NCBI GenBank assembly: GCA_951406725.2
Contig: OX597825.1
Coordinates: 76,012,001-76,076,000 of the forward strand
DNA length: 64,000 bases
Origin: Octopus vulgaris
Lineage: Eukaryota
Direction: 5' to 3'
Every line of letters starts with the position of its first letter. The first letter of the stretch is position 1. The notes under the pieces are model-generated. The model saw only the letters and a program-made list of their open reading frames with translations. It had not been told where the DNA came from and searched no databases. The translations under genes were made by a program, and so were the position numbers. Of the stretch, positions 28,830 through 42,614 are shown piece after piece.

Positions 28830-29030
28830 GTACATACATACATACATACATACATACATACATACATACATACGTACATACATACATACATTCATACATA
28901 CATACATACATACATACATGCATATATACATACATATGTACATACATACATACACACACATACATACATACATGCATGCATATATACATACATACATACA
29001 TACATACACATACATACGTACATACATCTG
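28160..29030. repeat. Long (TACA)n microsatellite array, about 870 bp
   Basis: Direct reading. Confidence 0.97.
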
Positions 29031-29213
29031 AGATTCTAATGTGAATAGATGCACACACTTTAGTGTTTGAATCAACTGTTCACGCAACACACCAGCTGAA
29101 CCACATATTTACAAACACCAAGAACTTTCTCGGCTCAAAACGTCTTGTCACTTTGGTAGAGACCAGCTTCAACTCTCTCAAGATGAACTTCAATAAAACT
29201 CCAAAAAAATCAC

Positions 29214-29607
29214 ACTCATTTACTTGTTTCATTCATTTGACTGTGGCCATGCTAAAGCACAGCCTTTAGTTGAGCAAATCGACCCCAGGACTTATTCTTT
29301 GTAAGCCTAGTACTTATTCTATCGGTCCCTTTTGCCGAACTGCTAAGTGACGGGGATGTAAACACACCAGCATTGGTTGTCAAGCGATGTTGGGGGGGAT
29401 AAACACAACACACAAACATACACACATACACATATATATATACATACATATATACGACGGGCTTCTTTCAGTTTCCGTCTACCAAATCCACTCACAAGGC
29501 TTTGGTCGGCCCGAGGCTATAGTAGAAAACACTTGCCCAAGGTGCCACGCAGTGGGACTGAACCCAGAACCATGTGGTTTGTAAGCAAGCTACTTACCAC
29601 ACAGCCA
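29214..29607 (-). mobile_element. SINE family A
   Basis: Family match. Confidence 0.88.
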
Positions 29608-29982
29608 ACATACATACATGTAAAATAACAGGCTTCTTTCAGTTTCCATCAGCCAAATCTACTTATAAGGTTTTGGTCAGCCAAGAGCTACAGGAGAAGA
29701 CACTTGCTCAAGGTGCCAAATAGTGGGACTGAACATGAAACCATGCACTTTGGAAATAAACTTCTTAACTATACAGCCATGTCTGAAATAATATAATGAC
29801 AGGGCATTGGTGAAGAACTCTTTTTACCTATGAAGGACGGCTGCTTGAAAACATTCTCAAGTTAAATAAACACCACAACTAACGGATTAGTAAATTCAAA
29901 CCTCACTGTGGTTAACTTTGCTTTCCATTCTTTGTGGGTGGGGGTTGATTAATCAAATAACAACCTAAATACTGGTAGTCCA

Positions 29983-30312
29983 TTCTTCTTCTTCTTCTTC
30001 TTCTTCTTCTTCTTCTTCTTCTTCTTCTTCTTCTTCTCCTCCTCCTCCTCCTCCTCCTCCTTCTTCTTCTCCTTTTTCTTCTTCTTCTTCTTTTTCTTCT
30101 TCTTCTCCTTTTTCTTCTTCTTCTTTTTCTTCTTCTTCTTCCTCCTCCTCCTCCTCCTCCTCCTCGTCCCTTCTTCTTCTTCTTCTTCTTCTTCTTCTTC
30201 TTCTCCTCGCCCCTCCCATTTTCTCCTCCTTCTCCCCTTCCCCACCATTTCCTCCTCCTTTTCCTGCCTCCTCTTTCCCTCTGTCACCTTCTCCTTCTCC
30301 TTCTCCTTCTCT
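29983..30312. repeat. (CTT)n/(CCT)n polypyrimidine tract
   Basis: Direct reading. Confidence 0.95.
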
Positions 30313-30924
30313 TGGAATTATGGGTACCTTGTGCTATGAGAAGGATTGTTAGGGAACATTCACAATGGGTTTTTTTTTTCTCTTGAAATGGAGAAATATT
30401 GAGCAAATGGGTTAGCAATTTATTATTCAAAGAAAAAAACCAATACGCTACTTACTGGCGCTAACCAAAGAGGAGCTAAAATGCTGTACAGCATAGAACA
30501 GCAATAATAAAAAAAAAACAAAAAAAAATTCTTCAATAAAAGACCAAAAACAACATAAACATCATTATTACAAGTCAGGCAAAGGCAAGAACCAATATCA
30601 TTAAGCAAAAATAAAGAAATCATTATCAGAAGACAAGTAATTATCAGGTTCAGAAAAAAGAAAATTCTTTTAAAAAAACAGGAGAATATAAGTATTTTTC
30701 TGTGTGAGTCAGTGACTTTTTCAAATGGAGGTTCACAACAATAACATTATCTGCAGTAATAATAACTGTTATCAACTGTTATTGTTATTGTTGTTGTCGT
30801 TGTTGTAGATGTTCCAGTTGTTTCCTAAAGACATTATACTTTCAATAACATTGGCTCTTTGAAGTGTCTGAAAATTATGGAAAATTTTATCTGACTTTGA
30901 TAATAACGGTTCTTCTTTTAATCT

Positions 30925-30964
<40 letters not shown>

Positions 30965-31047
30965 GATACATACACACAAACATATATATATATATAAATA
31001 TATTCACATGCCTATATTTATTATGCATGTATGTGTGAATGTGTGTG

Positions 31048-31088
<41 letters not shown>

Positions 31089-32119
31089 ATATATACACAT
31101 ACATATATATACATACATACATATATATATATATACATATAATATATATGTATATACATACACACATACATTTGTGTGTGTATATATCTTAAAGTCCTTA
31201 CAGCACTGTAATTTTTTGTAAACACCATTGCATTTAGCATTCAGACGTACATGAGTATGTATATACAAGTATACTTACACATGTGTGCATATATTTATGC
31301 ATACACATACACATATATATTTCATCATCATCATCATCATCATCATCCTCATCATCATTTTAACACTCACTTTTCCATGACCGTGTAGGTAAAGCGAGGT
31401 TTCATTGAAACAGATTTTCTCTGGTCTGATGTCCTTTCTTTCACCAACCCTCATTGGCCAGCCAGGTTTCTATGGAAGGTAACCAACAATTGACATCACT
31501 TGTATGACAGTGGTGTTTGTTTATGATCAATGACCTGTGTCTGCACTCATGCACTCACACATATGCTTGCACACACATGCATACCACTTCATTTAAATGT
31601 CAGGGTTTTTTCATGCCGGTATGGTTTACATGGGAGAAAACAGAGGCAGAATGTTTATGGCTGAATGTTCTTCCCAGCACCAACCTTTACTTGTTTATTC
31701 AAGTAAAGGATTTTCCTTTAATTTTCAGAAGAATTGCTTGACAGAAAATATCAGTGGACATCACTGTTTGTAGCCATAGCTTGGTATAAACATTCACAGA
31801 TACACACATACACATACATATATACACATATCATTTAATGTACACAGTATAAAGAAACAAACAACTAATAATTTCTTGATTTGGTGACACAAATCTAAGC
31901 AGGTCTCCAAGGCAAGAAACTATTAGCTGCTTGTAACTTCTTACTGCATACATTAAATGACACTGCCTAGTGTTTTTTTTATATATTTTGATAAGCCTGG
32001 TACTTATTCTATCAGTTTCTTCTGGTGAAACCAGTAAGCTAAGGGGGTGTAAATAAACGAACACCAGTTGTGAAGCAGTGATGAGGACGAAACACAGAGA
32101 CAAAGACACACGCATACAC

Positions 32120-32160
<41 letters not shown>

Positions 32161-32489
32161 CAATTGATTTCTTTCAGTTTCTGTCTACAAAATCTACTGA
32201 CAAGGCTTTGGATGGTCTGAGGCTATAACAGAAGACACATGCCAAGTTACCACACAGTGGGAATGAACTGAGGACCATGTGCTTTGGAACCAAGTTTGTT
32301 ACCACACAGCCACACCTGCACCTACGTATGTGTGTGTGTGTGGGGGATATGTGTGTATGGGTATATATATGTATGCATGTATATATGTGTATGTATATGT
32401 GTACATATCACATGTACATCTAGCTATACATATACATGTATACATATACATGTATATATATACATCCATATATATACATGTATACACAC

Positions 32490-34440
32490 ATGGTGAAGGG
32501 AGTGGTAATATGTCAGGTCAGAATCCTTGCCTCATGTTGCAGGATGACACCGCTAGCAGTGACTGCAACAGCTAGAAGGGTCAAACAAAGTGCAGCAGAG
32601 AGGGGCCAAATAAGGAATGTGTGCGACCCTTCCAAGGGCAGAGTTTTTAGTGTCTGGGTTTGCACACGGTGAGAGACTGCAAGGAACCCAAGCCTAGAGT
32701 AATTTGCTATTGATGCAGACACACAGGCCACGTCACTAATGAATGTGTTCAGGAAACCAGTCTAAGGGAGACTAATGTGCCTGTAGTCATCCTGTCAAAA
32801 GAAAAGAGGCGTGTATACAGTCGTTGCCAGTAGTGGACATTGTGGTCGAGGGAAAGGTATCATGAGCCTTTGTGGACACAGGCTGCTCAACAACCCTAAT
32901 GACTCCGGAGGTGGTAGAAGAATGGAGTGGAGTGAGTAGTGTAAGGGCTGTTGACGGTACGGAAGTTGAATGCAGAGGAAGTAGAGATGTGGAGATGGGG
33001 GCACGAGGAATGAGATTGAGGTTGCATGCAATTGTGACCGACCTCATGGTGGATGGAATCAATGTGGTGATGGGGATGGACGCCATTGTCCGTTTGGGAG
33101 GTGTCATGGTCAATGAAGCCAGTGTAACATCCGGTGATGCAGGGGCACTATGCACCATGGATCCATGACAGGAGAGTGGTGAGAGCTGCGAAGAAAAATA
33201 TGCTGCACACACCATTACAGACAAGGATTTTCAGGCTGTGTTTGATGGCTGGCAGTGGACAGTGGAATGGTACTGGAAGGGAGATCCTCTGATACTGAAA
33301 AATGCAATAGGTTGCTATCAGCATACCCTGAAAGGGGATGCCAGAGCGAGTTTGAGGGAGAGGTGGAATGGTGGATCAAGGAAGGCATTCTGATCCCTTG
33401 GAAGGAAGAAGTAGAGAGTGGAGTGCTACCACTGATGGCAGGGGTGCAGCTAACAAAGCATAAAGTCAGGCCAGGATTAGATTTCTGAGAGAACTGAATG
33501 CCCATGTATTGTGCCATAGAGGCAGTGAAGCCACAGACGTTTGCAGCAAAACCTTGTGAGAGTGGAGGCAGATGAAAGGGCATCCACAATCATTGATTTG
33601 AAGTCAGCATACCTGCAGCTGCATGTGACTAAAAGATTGTGGAAATATCATCTGGTAAGGTACAAGGGTTGGACATACTGCCGGACAAGGTTGGGACTTG
33701 GGCTGAGTTCAGCACTGAAGATTATGGCAGGACAAGAGCATAGTGTCAGCAAAGGAGGTCATAAGCCACCTGAAGAGTTTCGGGCTAACTGCCAAGGGAG
33801 GGAAGGAGGAGCTGCACTGAGACTCAAGCTACAGAAAGACAAGGCAGGTGCATTGGTGTTTCAGAGAGGGAATGAGATCCCGGACCTAGGCACCAGGATG
33901 AATTGGCAAGAACTGTTTTCTGTGTGTGGGAAGTTTCTGGGACACTACCTGATTGCAGCATAGCTCTGGACAGCATGCAGCTCCATCAAAAGGTGAGCTG
34001 AAGGAGTGAGGTGGAATGACATCGTGGGTGAGAAGACAACTGCCATATATGTAAGAAGTCTTGGAGAGAGTGACTGGGTAGGACCCAGTAAGAGGAAACT
34101 GGTAAATGCCCAAATTAAGAATGGGATCATGTGGTGTGATGCTAGCAGCAAAGCAATGGGAGTTGTCCTGGAAATTGGAGGTGTCGTGGTGGGGATGTGG
34201 CCTGGCTCAGGAAGAAGATCAACTGCAACCGCATCAATGTGGCAGAGCTGGATGCTGTGTTGAAGGGGGTGAACCTGGCCCCGAGGTGGAGGCTGTCTAC
34301 CATTGAAATCTGGACCAATTTGGCCACTGTACTTAGATGGGTGGGATCAGTTGTCACCGGCAAGCAGAGGATGCAAACCAAAGGGGGCACAGAGATGCTG
34401 ATAAGATGCTGTTTGGGAATTGTGGGTGAGCTAGCTGCCT
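32490..34440 (+). mobile_element. Ty3/Gypsy-like LTR retrotransposon pol relic
   Basis: Protease VDTGCSTTL, RT KVRPGLDF / IIDLKSAYLQL / TRLGLGLSSA, RNase H WCDASSKAMG and INVAELDAVLKG, in PR-RT-RH order. Frameshifted; YxDD region and integrase not seen; no LTR pair found. Confidence 0.85.
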
Positions 34441-34904
34441 CTTTCTTTCCCTCTTTCTCTCTTTCTGTTTATTGTTTTCAACCATCACCATCACCAGTAC
34501 CACCACCATTGCTATCACAACTGCCATACACACACCATTCAGACTTCTGACACCACCACCATAAACACCTTTGACTTCGCTGCCTTCCCCTCCACCACCA
34601 TCACCACTGTCTTTCACATTTCTTACTATCACCGGCATGCTTTAATGCCTCAGCTACCACTACCACCACCATCATCACCATCGCTTCTGTTTGTATCACA
34701 ACTGCAGCTCATTCTATTACTATCACCCCATTACCATCTCAATGGTTATCTACTACCCCATCACTGTCTCTGTACCAACAATTACTCACACTCCAGCAAG
34801 AGGTGTAGAAGTGTCATTGAATAGTGAGAAAGTGGGGTCAAAGTGTGACATACTGACACACAGAAATTCATTTTGGCATTTATTATTATTATTATTATCA
34901 TTAT

Positions 34905-34996
<92 letters not shown>

Positions 34997-35000
<4 letters not shown>

Positions 35001-35203
35001 AATCCAAACAAGAAAGCACAAAAAAACACAACAACGCGAGGACGTGGAACAAATATAGTATTATTGGACGCTCAGGAAAGAAGGAAAGAAGGAAGGTTTA
35101 ACGTTTCGAGCGAAGCTCTTCGTCGAAAACATAGGAGAAGGAAAGATCTAGAGAAGGGAAGACAGAGGCAAAAAAATTGCCAACTGTACACACGCGGTCA
35201 CAT
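34997..35203 (-). mobile_element. Short Penelope-type element with a minimal hammerhead-like motif
   Basis: Closely matches 52642-52839 in reverse; motif gttt-tcgacga-agagc-ttc-gctc-gaaacgtt-aaac at 35130-35096; sits in (TA)n. Confidence 0.7.
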
Positions 35204-35226
35204 ACATATATATATATATATATATA

Positions 35227-37238
35227 TCATCATCTTCATCATCATCATCGTTGTTTAATGTTTGCTTTCCATGCTGTCATGGGTTGGACGGTTTGACTGA
35301 GGACTGGTGAGCCAGAAGGCTGCACCAGGCTTCAATCTGATCTGGCAATGTTTCTACAGCTGGATGCCCTTCCTAACGCCAACCACTCCAAGAGTGTAGT
35401 GGGTGCTTTTACATTCCAGCAGCACAAGGGCCAGTCAGGTGGTACTTGCAACAACCACGCTCAAATGGTGTTTTTTAATTGCCACCCGCACAGGAGCCAG
35501 TCTGGTGGCACTGGCAATGACCATGCTTGAATGTTGTTTTTCATGTGCCAGTAAGGTGGTGCTGACAACGATCACACTCGAATGGTGCTTTTTATGTGCC
35601 ACCAGCATGGGAGTCAGTCTGCAGCCCTGGCAATGATGACGCTCAGATAGTGCTTTTAACATTCCACTGGCACAAGTGCAAATCAGGCGGTACTGTCATT
35701 TGCCATGTCGCCGATTTTGATTTCACTTGCCTCAAGAGGTCTTCGCAAGCAAAGCTTATTGTCCAATGAATAAAGGGTACTCATAAGTGGGCTGGGTATA
35801 CACCAGTGGCATAGGCCACGGGTTATGGTCTCACTTGGAGTGTTGGGTCTTCTCAAGCACAGCATATCCACAAAGGCCTTGGTCGCTAGTCATTGCCATG
35901 GTGAAGCCCAATGTTCGAAGGTCGTGCTTCACCACCTCATCCCAGGTCTTCCTGGGTTTACCTCTTCTACAAGTTCCCTCAACTGCTAGGATGTGACACT
36001 TTTTCACACAGCTGTCCTCATCCATTCACAACACATGAGCACACCAGTGCAGTCATCTCTCTTGCACACCACATCTGATGCTTCTTATATCCAACTTTTC
36101 TCTCAGGACACTTACACTCTGTCGTGTATGCACACTGACATTACACATCCATTGGATCATACTGGCTTCATTCCTTGCAAGCTTACACATGTCCTCAGCA
36201 GTCATGGCCCGTGTTTCACTGCCATGAAGCATGGTTGTTCCTACACATGTGTCATACAGTTTACCTTTTACTCTGAGTGAGAGGCCCTTTGTCAACAGCA
36301 GAGGTAACAGCTCTCTGAACTTTGCCCAGGCTATTCTTATTCTAGCAGCTACAGTTTCAGCACACCCTTCCCTGCTACTGACTTGGTCACCTTGGTAATG
36401 GAAGCTAACAACTACCTGTAGTTTTTCTCCCTGGAATGAGACAGAAGCTGTTCTCTACACATTTTCAGTGTTTATTGCTCCTGAGCATCTACCACATACG
36501 AAAACTATCTTCCCAGCTAGCCTTCCTTTGATATTGCTGCACTTCTTATGTGTCCATAGCTTGCACTGGGTACATCTTATGGAGTTTCTGCCTACACCTT
36601 TTCTACAGATCGAGCAGGGATTTATGGTTTGTCTGCCTTCCTACTTATTAAGAGTTTGGTTTTAGCTAGGTTGACTCTAAGGCCCTTCGATTCTAATCCT
36701 TGCTTCCACACCTGAAACTTTTACTCTAGCGCTGATAGTGACTCAGCAATTAGAGCAAGGTCATCAGCATAGAGGAGCTCCCAGGGGCATCCTGTCTTGA
36801 ATTCCTCTGTTATTGCTTGGATGACTATGATGAATAAGAGGGGACTGAGGATTGATCCTTGGTAGACCCCTACCCCGACCCGGAATTCTTCACTGTACTC
36901 GTTGCCAACCCTCACCTTACTGACAGCATCCCTGTACATGGCGTGCACAACTCTCACTAACCATTCATCTATCCCTAGTTTCCTCATTGACCACCAGATA
37001 AGGGATCGGGGGACCCTGTGAAAGGCTTTCTCCATGTCAACGAAAGCCAGGTACAGAGGTGTATCTTTGGCTAGGTATGTCTCTTGCATCTGTCTTACCA
37101 GAAATATAGCATCAGTGGTGCTTTTCTCTGGCACACACCCAAACTGCATCTCATCTAAGCTGACACTCTCCCTAATTAGTTGGGCTATGACCCTCTCCGT
37201 GACCTTCATTACCTGATCCAACAACTTGATACCTCTGT
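35227..37238 (-). mobile_element. 5'-truncated RTE-clade LINE
   Basis: RT YRGIKLLDQVMKV...FVDMEKAF...GVYQGSILSPLLF...LLYADDLAL; C-terminal RRGKPRKTWDEVV; 3' UTR and (GAT)n tail; some stops. Confidence 0.95.
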
Positions 37239-38722
37239 AATATATATATATATATATATATACATACACACACAACACATACACACCAACACATGTGTCT
37301 GAGTACTGAGTGCATGGGTGAATGCATCTGTCTTTATATTTACAAAATCTAAAAAAAAAACATAAACAAAATAAAGCATTGCTGTTTAAGTTGCATCCCA
37401 TAACATTTACATTCCATAACCATGCTGTGTGACGAAAAGAGATCAATAAAATTTATAAACTAAATGCCTGACCTGAATGAGCACTAAGATCGATATGATC
37501 AACCAAAACTCTTGAAGGCAGTCTCACAGCATGGTCACAGTTCTGTGAGTGAAAGCAGTGAACAAATAAAAGCATATATCTAGTGTCTTCTTCCTATTTT
37601 TGTTGTTAGGTTTGCTTTTTTTTTTAAACACCGGAATTTATTTATTTATATAAAATTTTCCCTTATACAACCAAATTTTAAACTAAAAAAAAAAATGTAA
37701 TGAGTTTACTAAATAATTGCTTCTCTAATGACAGAAATTTTTCTGTGAAAAAATATCTGTAATGTCTAGGTCTAATTTTTCAAGCAAAATGTATTTGTTT
37801 AACGCTATTGTTACTGAGGTATAGCATTACATAAGAGATGTATTCTATCTCAGAGACCTGAAACAACAAAGCAAAAACGAAACTAAAGATAATAAGTTTA
37901 TAAATAAAGAATACAAAATATTGATTCACTTAATCTCTTTTATTATTGCTTTGCATTGATCTCTGGTTTTATGAGTTTAGAGATGATTAGAGTGATTGAG
38001 TAAATGCACATGTGTGTGTGTGTGTGTGTACATGCCTGTGTGTGTGTCATTTATTGTTATGCAAAAGACACCAATATGCATTGTCTTAAAATACTGCAGA
38101 AACCAAAACGCATTGTCTTAAAAAAAAAAAAAGATCTTTGTACTCTTTAAACTTTAAAAACATAACAAAATAAAAAGAGATCCCAAAGCTGGTGTTTTTT
38201 TTTTACAGATATGTTACATGATACAGAAAAATACACATTTTTTCATTCAGTTTTAAAAGTGATTTGCATATAGGATATATATATCAATATTTTTATTGTT
38301 GATATTTTAAAATATTTTTTGATGCAGAGGCTATAGATGAAGTTGATGTTACAGAAAGAAAGATGACCAACAGAGAGAGATGGACAGAGGTGGTGGTGGG
38401 GGATGAATCGGCAGTCAAAGTAGCAGTGGTTACTAAAAGCACTTAAAAATACTCCACTCCATTAGCTTCTAACCTATCAGCCTCTCCCTCTTTCCCTATT
38501 CACCTCCATCTATTCAATTTCATACACCTCTTCCTACTTCAGCACTCCCTTTTCACCACCAACCCACCTTCATTATGATACTAACCTCTGCTACCTTGAC
38601 CACCGATTCAACACCCTGTCACCACTCTGTCCCACCCCCTTACTATCTTCTCATATCTTTCTACATACCTTAGTAATCCTCCTCCACTACTGATTTAGAC
38701 ACCTTCCTCCCCTCAAATAATT

Positions 38723-38957
38723 TGTTTCTTTACTACCCACAAGGGGCTAAACACAGAAGGGACAAACAGGGATAGACAAACGGATCAAGTCGATTATATT
38801 GACCCCCAGTGCGTATCTGGTACTTAATTTATCGACCCCGAAAGGATGAAAGGCAAAGTCGACCTCGGCGGAATTTGAACTCAGAACGTAACAGCAAACG
38901 AAATACAGCTATGCATTTTGCCCAGCATGCTAACATTTCTGCCAGCTCGCCGCCCTT
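38723..38957 (-). mobile_element. SINE family B
   Basis: 16-bp TSD ctcccctcaaataatt at 38707-38722 and 38958-38973. Confidence 0.92.
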
Positions 38958-39030
38958 CTCCCCTCAAATAATTGCCATCCCTTTTCTCACTATCTCAACT
39001 TTCAATAATTCTATAGCTATTATCCCTTAA

Positions 39031-39452
39031 TATTGTTGTTATTTTGGGATGGTAATTTTTTTTTCTGTCAAATAATAAACACACTCACTATATATTTGTT
39101 CTTCACTCATTCTTAGTCTAACTCCTGTCCATTGTCTGGAAATCTTTCGTCACACATCTTTGGCCTCTTCAGCAACACTTTTCATCTTCGTGTGTGCTCT
39201 TGTTCTATCTGCTCTTTCATTCTGGAAGAGCAGAATGAAATAAGTGGAGCAAGATCACACATGAAGACAAAAAGTATTGATGAAGAGGTCACAGATGTGT
39301 GACAAAAGATTTCTGGACAATGGACAGGAATTAGAATAAGAACAGTAATAAATGAATGAAGAACAAACATATAGTGAGTGTGCTTATTTGGCAAAAAACA
39401 AAAAACAAAACAAAAAAATCCCCCCCCCCCGCCCATCCCGAAATACAACAAT
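39031..39452. repeat. Long imperfect inverted repeat (arms about 190 bp), Penelope-type
   Basis: Left arm tattgttgttattttgggatgg...gtgtgctcttgttc mirrors right arm ggagcaagatcacac...ccatcccgaaatacaacaat. Confidence 0.85.
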
Positions 39453-39458
39453 GTCTGT

Positions 39459-39844
39459 TTCAACACATGATTTCACATCTGGAGTCTTTCAACACATGAC
39501 TTCACATCTGGAATCTTTCAACACATGATTTCTCATCTGGAGTCTTTCAACACATGGTTTCACATCTGGAGTCTTTCAACACATGATTTCACATCTGGAG
39601 TCTTTCAACACATGATTTCACATCTGGAGTCTTTCAACACATGACTTCACATCTGGAATCTTTCAACACATGATTTCACATCTGGAGTCTTTCAACACAT
39701 GATTTCACATCTGGAGTCTTTCAACACATGACTTCACATCTGGAATCTTTCAACACATGGTTTCACATCTGGAGTCTTTCAACACATGATTTCACATCTG
39801 GAGTCTTTCAACACATGATTTCACATCTGGAGTCTTTCAACACA
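39459..39844. repeat. 29-bp minisatellite, about 13.3 copies
   Basis: Unit ttcaacacatgatttcacatctggagtct, head-to-tail with no spacers. Confidence 0.97.
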
Positions 39845-41872
39845 AATTCATAAATGTATTATCCCTAAACTTTGACACCTACACACAAACCCAGCAACAA
39901 CTGACCACCCTTCAGTTACTATCTATCTTACCCCCAACACTCATCTCCCAACTTTCAACCTCTACCACCACCTCCCTTAAAACCCTCATTATTTACCCCA
40001 CCTCTTCCTGAACTAGCTCTTTTATCTCCCCTCACCATTCCCTGTCTTAAGATGTCCCATAACCCCACTGACCTTCCTACTTGATCCCTCTAATATTACT
40101 CAAATATTCATCATCTGAAAGTCTCCACTCTCTGCTTTCTCTCATTTTGCATGTATACATATATACATATTTTGTATTTCATACCCAAGCTGTTATAATT
40201 AATGTATCTAATTAATGTATATAATTTGTTTTGATTCAACATCTTTTTCTCTTCCATTTTTCTATAATGGTTTATGGTATTTTTATATCTATAACGATAT
40301 TTTTCAACTACTATTTCCATATTCTTATTACTTACTCTGGCTGTTTTTTTTTAATGAAAATAAATGAATCTTTATTAGAAATAATTCTTTCTCTCTTTTT
40401 AGACTTCTCAAAAAGTTTGAATTGTTCTCTTTCGAACTTACTTTTTCCCACATTTAATTTGTTTATCTGCATAATTACCTGTCTGTCTGTCTGTCCGTCC
40501 GTCCGTCTGTATATATGTAATTTTTTTTTTTGCATGATGTTGAGAGGATCCATCGATCCCGTCGAAAACATGACAACTTCTCTCGAGCTGTTGCTATGAT
40601 TAAATACACTCAATACACTCTATAAAAGTGAGGGTTTGAGAGAACGCTTCAGTCATATTAGTATTTAATTTTTAATTACGATAATATTGTATATTTTATA
40701 AGCCACAAAACTTTTGTAGTCATTAGGTAATTCCAGCGCATTGTCCCTTCCATTTTGTACTGGTGACAAATTCGATAATTTCCGACTCTATTCTACAGGG
40801 TTATCTTACACAATTTCTATCCCACCGTTGCTTTCCCATTTGTTTTGTTATACCAAAGAGAAACAACTCTGATCATCATTTGATTTATCTTCCCGAAGAT
40901 TTATCTCCCTTGGTTAGTATATAACTATTTTTCTCTAGGCACTTATTTCATCGACCCCGAAAGGATAAAAAGCAAAGTCGACCTCGGCGGAATTTGAACT
41001 CAGAACATAACTGCAGACGAAATACCGCTAGGTATTTATTTCGCTCGACGTGCTAACGATTCTGCCAGCTTGCTGCTATTTGAAGTATGAAATAATGTGA
41101 CAGCTGATATATTTATTGCAACAATACAAATGATAAATTTACTTGATTCAATTTTATTTGAAATTAAATATTTTTATTTTAAAAGTTTGCAGTCCTCATT
41201 TATTTTCTAAATTAAGCATTATAAAATTTGAATAGGTTGATGTTAGTAATTAGCGGCCAATATATCTAACATCGCCCGATACCACCTTGAAATAGGACAA
41301 GTTTACCTTCCTTATTATTCGTTTAACAACTCTGGTTGAGATCCACATGACAAACGAAGTCACTCGGAACACACAAATGCTGCTTATCAAATTGTCAAAC
41401 ATTTAATAGCCAATTGCAGTGGGGACAGAATCCGTAGCACACAGGTGCTCACACGCACGCGTGCACACGTTTTACACATGCCTATCTATAAACACATATA
41501 TAGGAACGTTTGAATATGTCGTGGCTGTATTTCTTACATACAAATAAAATACACGCACATACGAAACAAAGAAAAAAAGTCAGTGTGTGTGTGTGTGTGT
41601 GTAATAGCACGTGATCATGTGACCGACCAGACTATCAGATGTTATCTATCGCTGGTTACAATGCGCCTTTGCTTCGTTTTAGCAATCGAATGACGCCACC
41701 AATAGGTGAGCAGACCAATTTTCCGCACTCTCCCCACCTGACTGAAAAGAGACAGCAGCAAAGCGAAATGAAGTGTTTTGCTCAAGAATACAAGGTGCCA
41801 CCCGATCTAGGAATTGAACCCACAATCTAGTGACCATGAGTGCAATAGTCTAACCTGTAGGTCACACTTGTA

Positions 41873-42183
41873 TACTCTTTACTCATTTTTACTTGTTTCA
41901 GTCATTTGACTGAGGCCATGCTGGAGTACCGCCTTTAGTCGAGCAAATCGACCCCGGGACTTATTCTTTGTAAGCCCAGTACTTATTCTATTGGTCTCTT
42001 TTGCCAAACCGCTAAGTGACGGGGACGTAAACACACCAGCATCGGTTGTCAAGCAATGCTCGGGAGACAAACACAGACACACAAACACATACACACACAT
42101 ACATATATATATACATATATACGACAGGCTTCTTTCAGTTTCCGTCTACCAAATCCACTCACAAGGCATTGGTCGGCCTGGGG
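41873..42183 (-). mobile_element. 5'-truncated SINE family A
   Basis: Family match lacking the tRNA head. Confidence 0.88.
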
Positions 42184-42614
42184 TTATGGTTTATAATATA
42201 TATGTGAGTATACATACACATACACACAAACACACACACACTCTCTCTCTCACACACACACACATTCATACATACACACAGAGTACAGTACCATGTTTAA
42301 CATTCTTACTCAATTTTTGGGATGTACTTTGGCCACTGTACTCTTATATAATTAAACATATTTTGGCACTTGGCTTAACAATTTTTATGGTCACTGTTAA
42401 CCCATCAACTATACCCCTCTACTTCCTCTCTGTTGTCATTAATATAAAGGTCATTAAGCATGCAATGTACGATTTTCTTAAGCACCAAGTTTCACAGTCG
42501 TTAACTCTAATGTTTTATCCTAACATTGAAGAGTCACATCATCACTTTTCGAAAGGCAATTCATGGTGTTTGATTATATTGTGAGTTTTCTCTTGTAAAT
42601 CAATTTTTGTGAAC

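Noticed and set aside
27739-29090. Long ORFs (up to 362 aa) of HTYI/MYVC repeats; similar ones at 13.6, 31 and 52 kb
   Set aside because: Translations of stop-free (TACA)n microsatellites, open in most frames.
29949-30287. Poly-E/K/R ORFs
   Set aside because: Trinucleotide microsatellite with no splice or codon evidence.
30456-30485. Minus-strand micro-exon candidate ending in gtaagt
   Set aside because: Splice-like sites alone, with no linkable neighbouring exon.
36721-37446. 241-aa RT ORF as an active LINE or host gene
   Set aside because: Its N-terminus is microsatellite and flank; the element is 5'-truncated and has downstream stops.
39459-39844. 29-bp repeats as a CRISPR array
   Set aside because: Units are head-to-tail with no unique spacers, no cas genes are present, and the context is eukaryotic.
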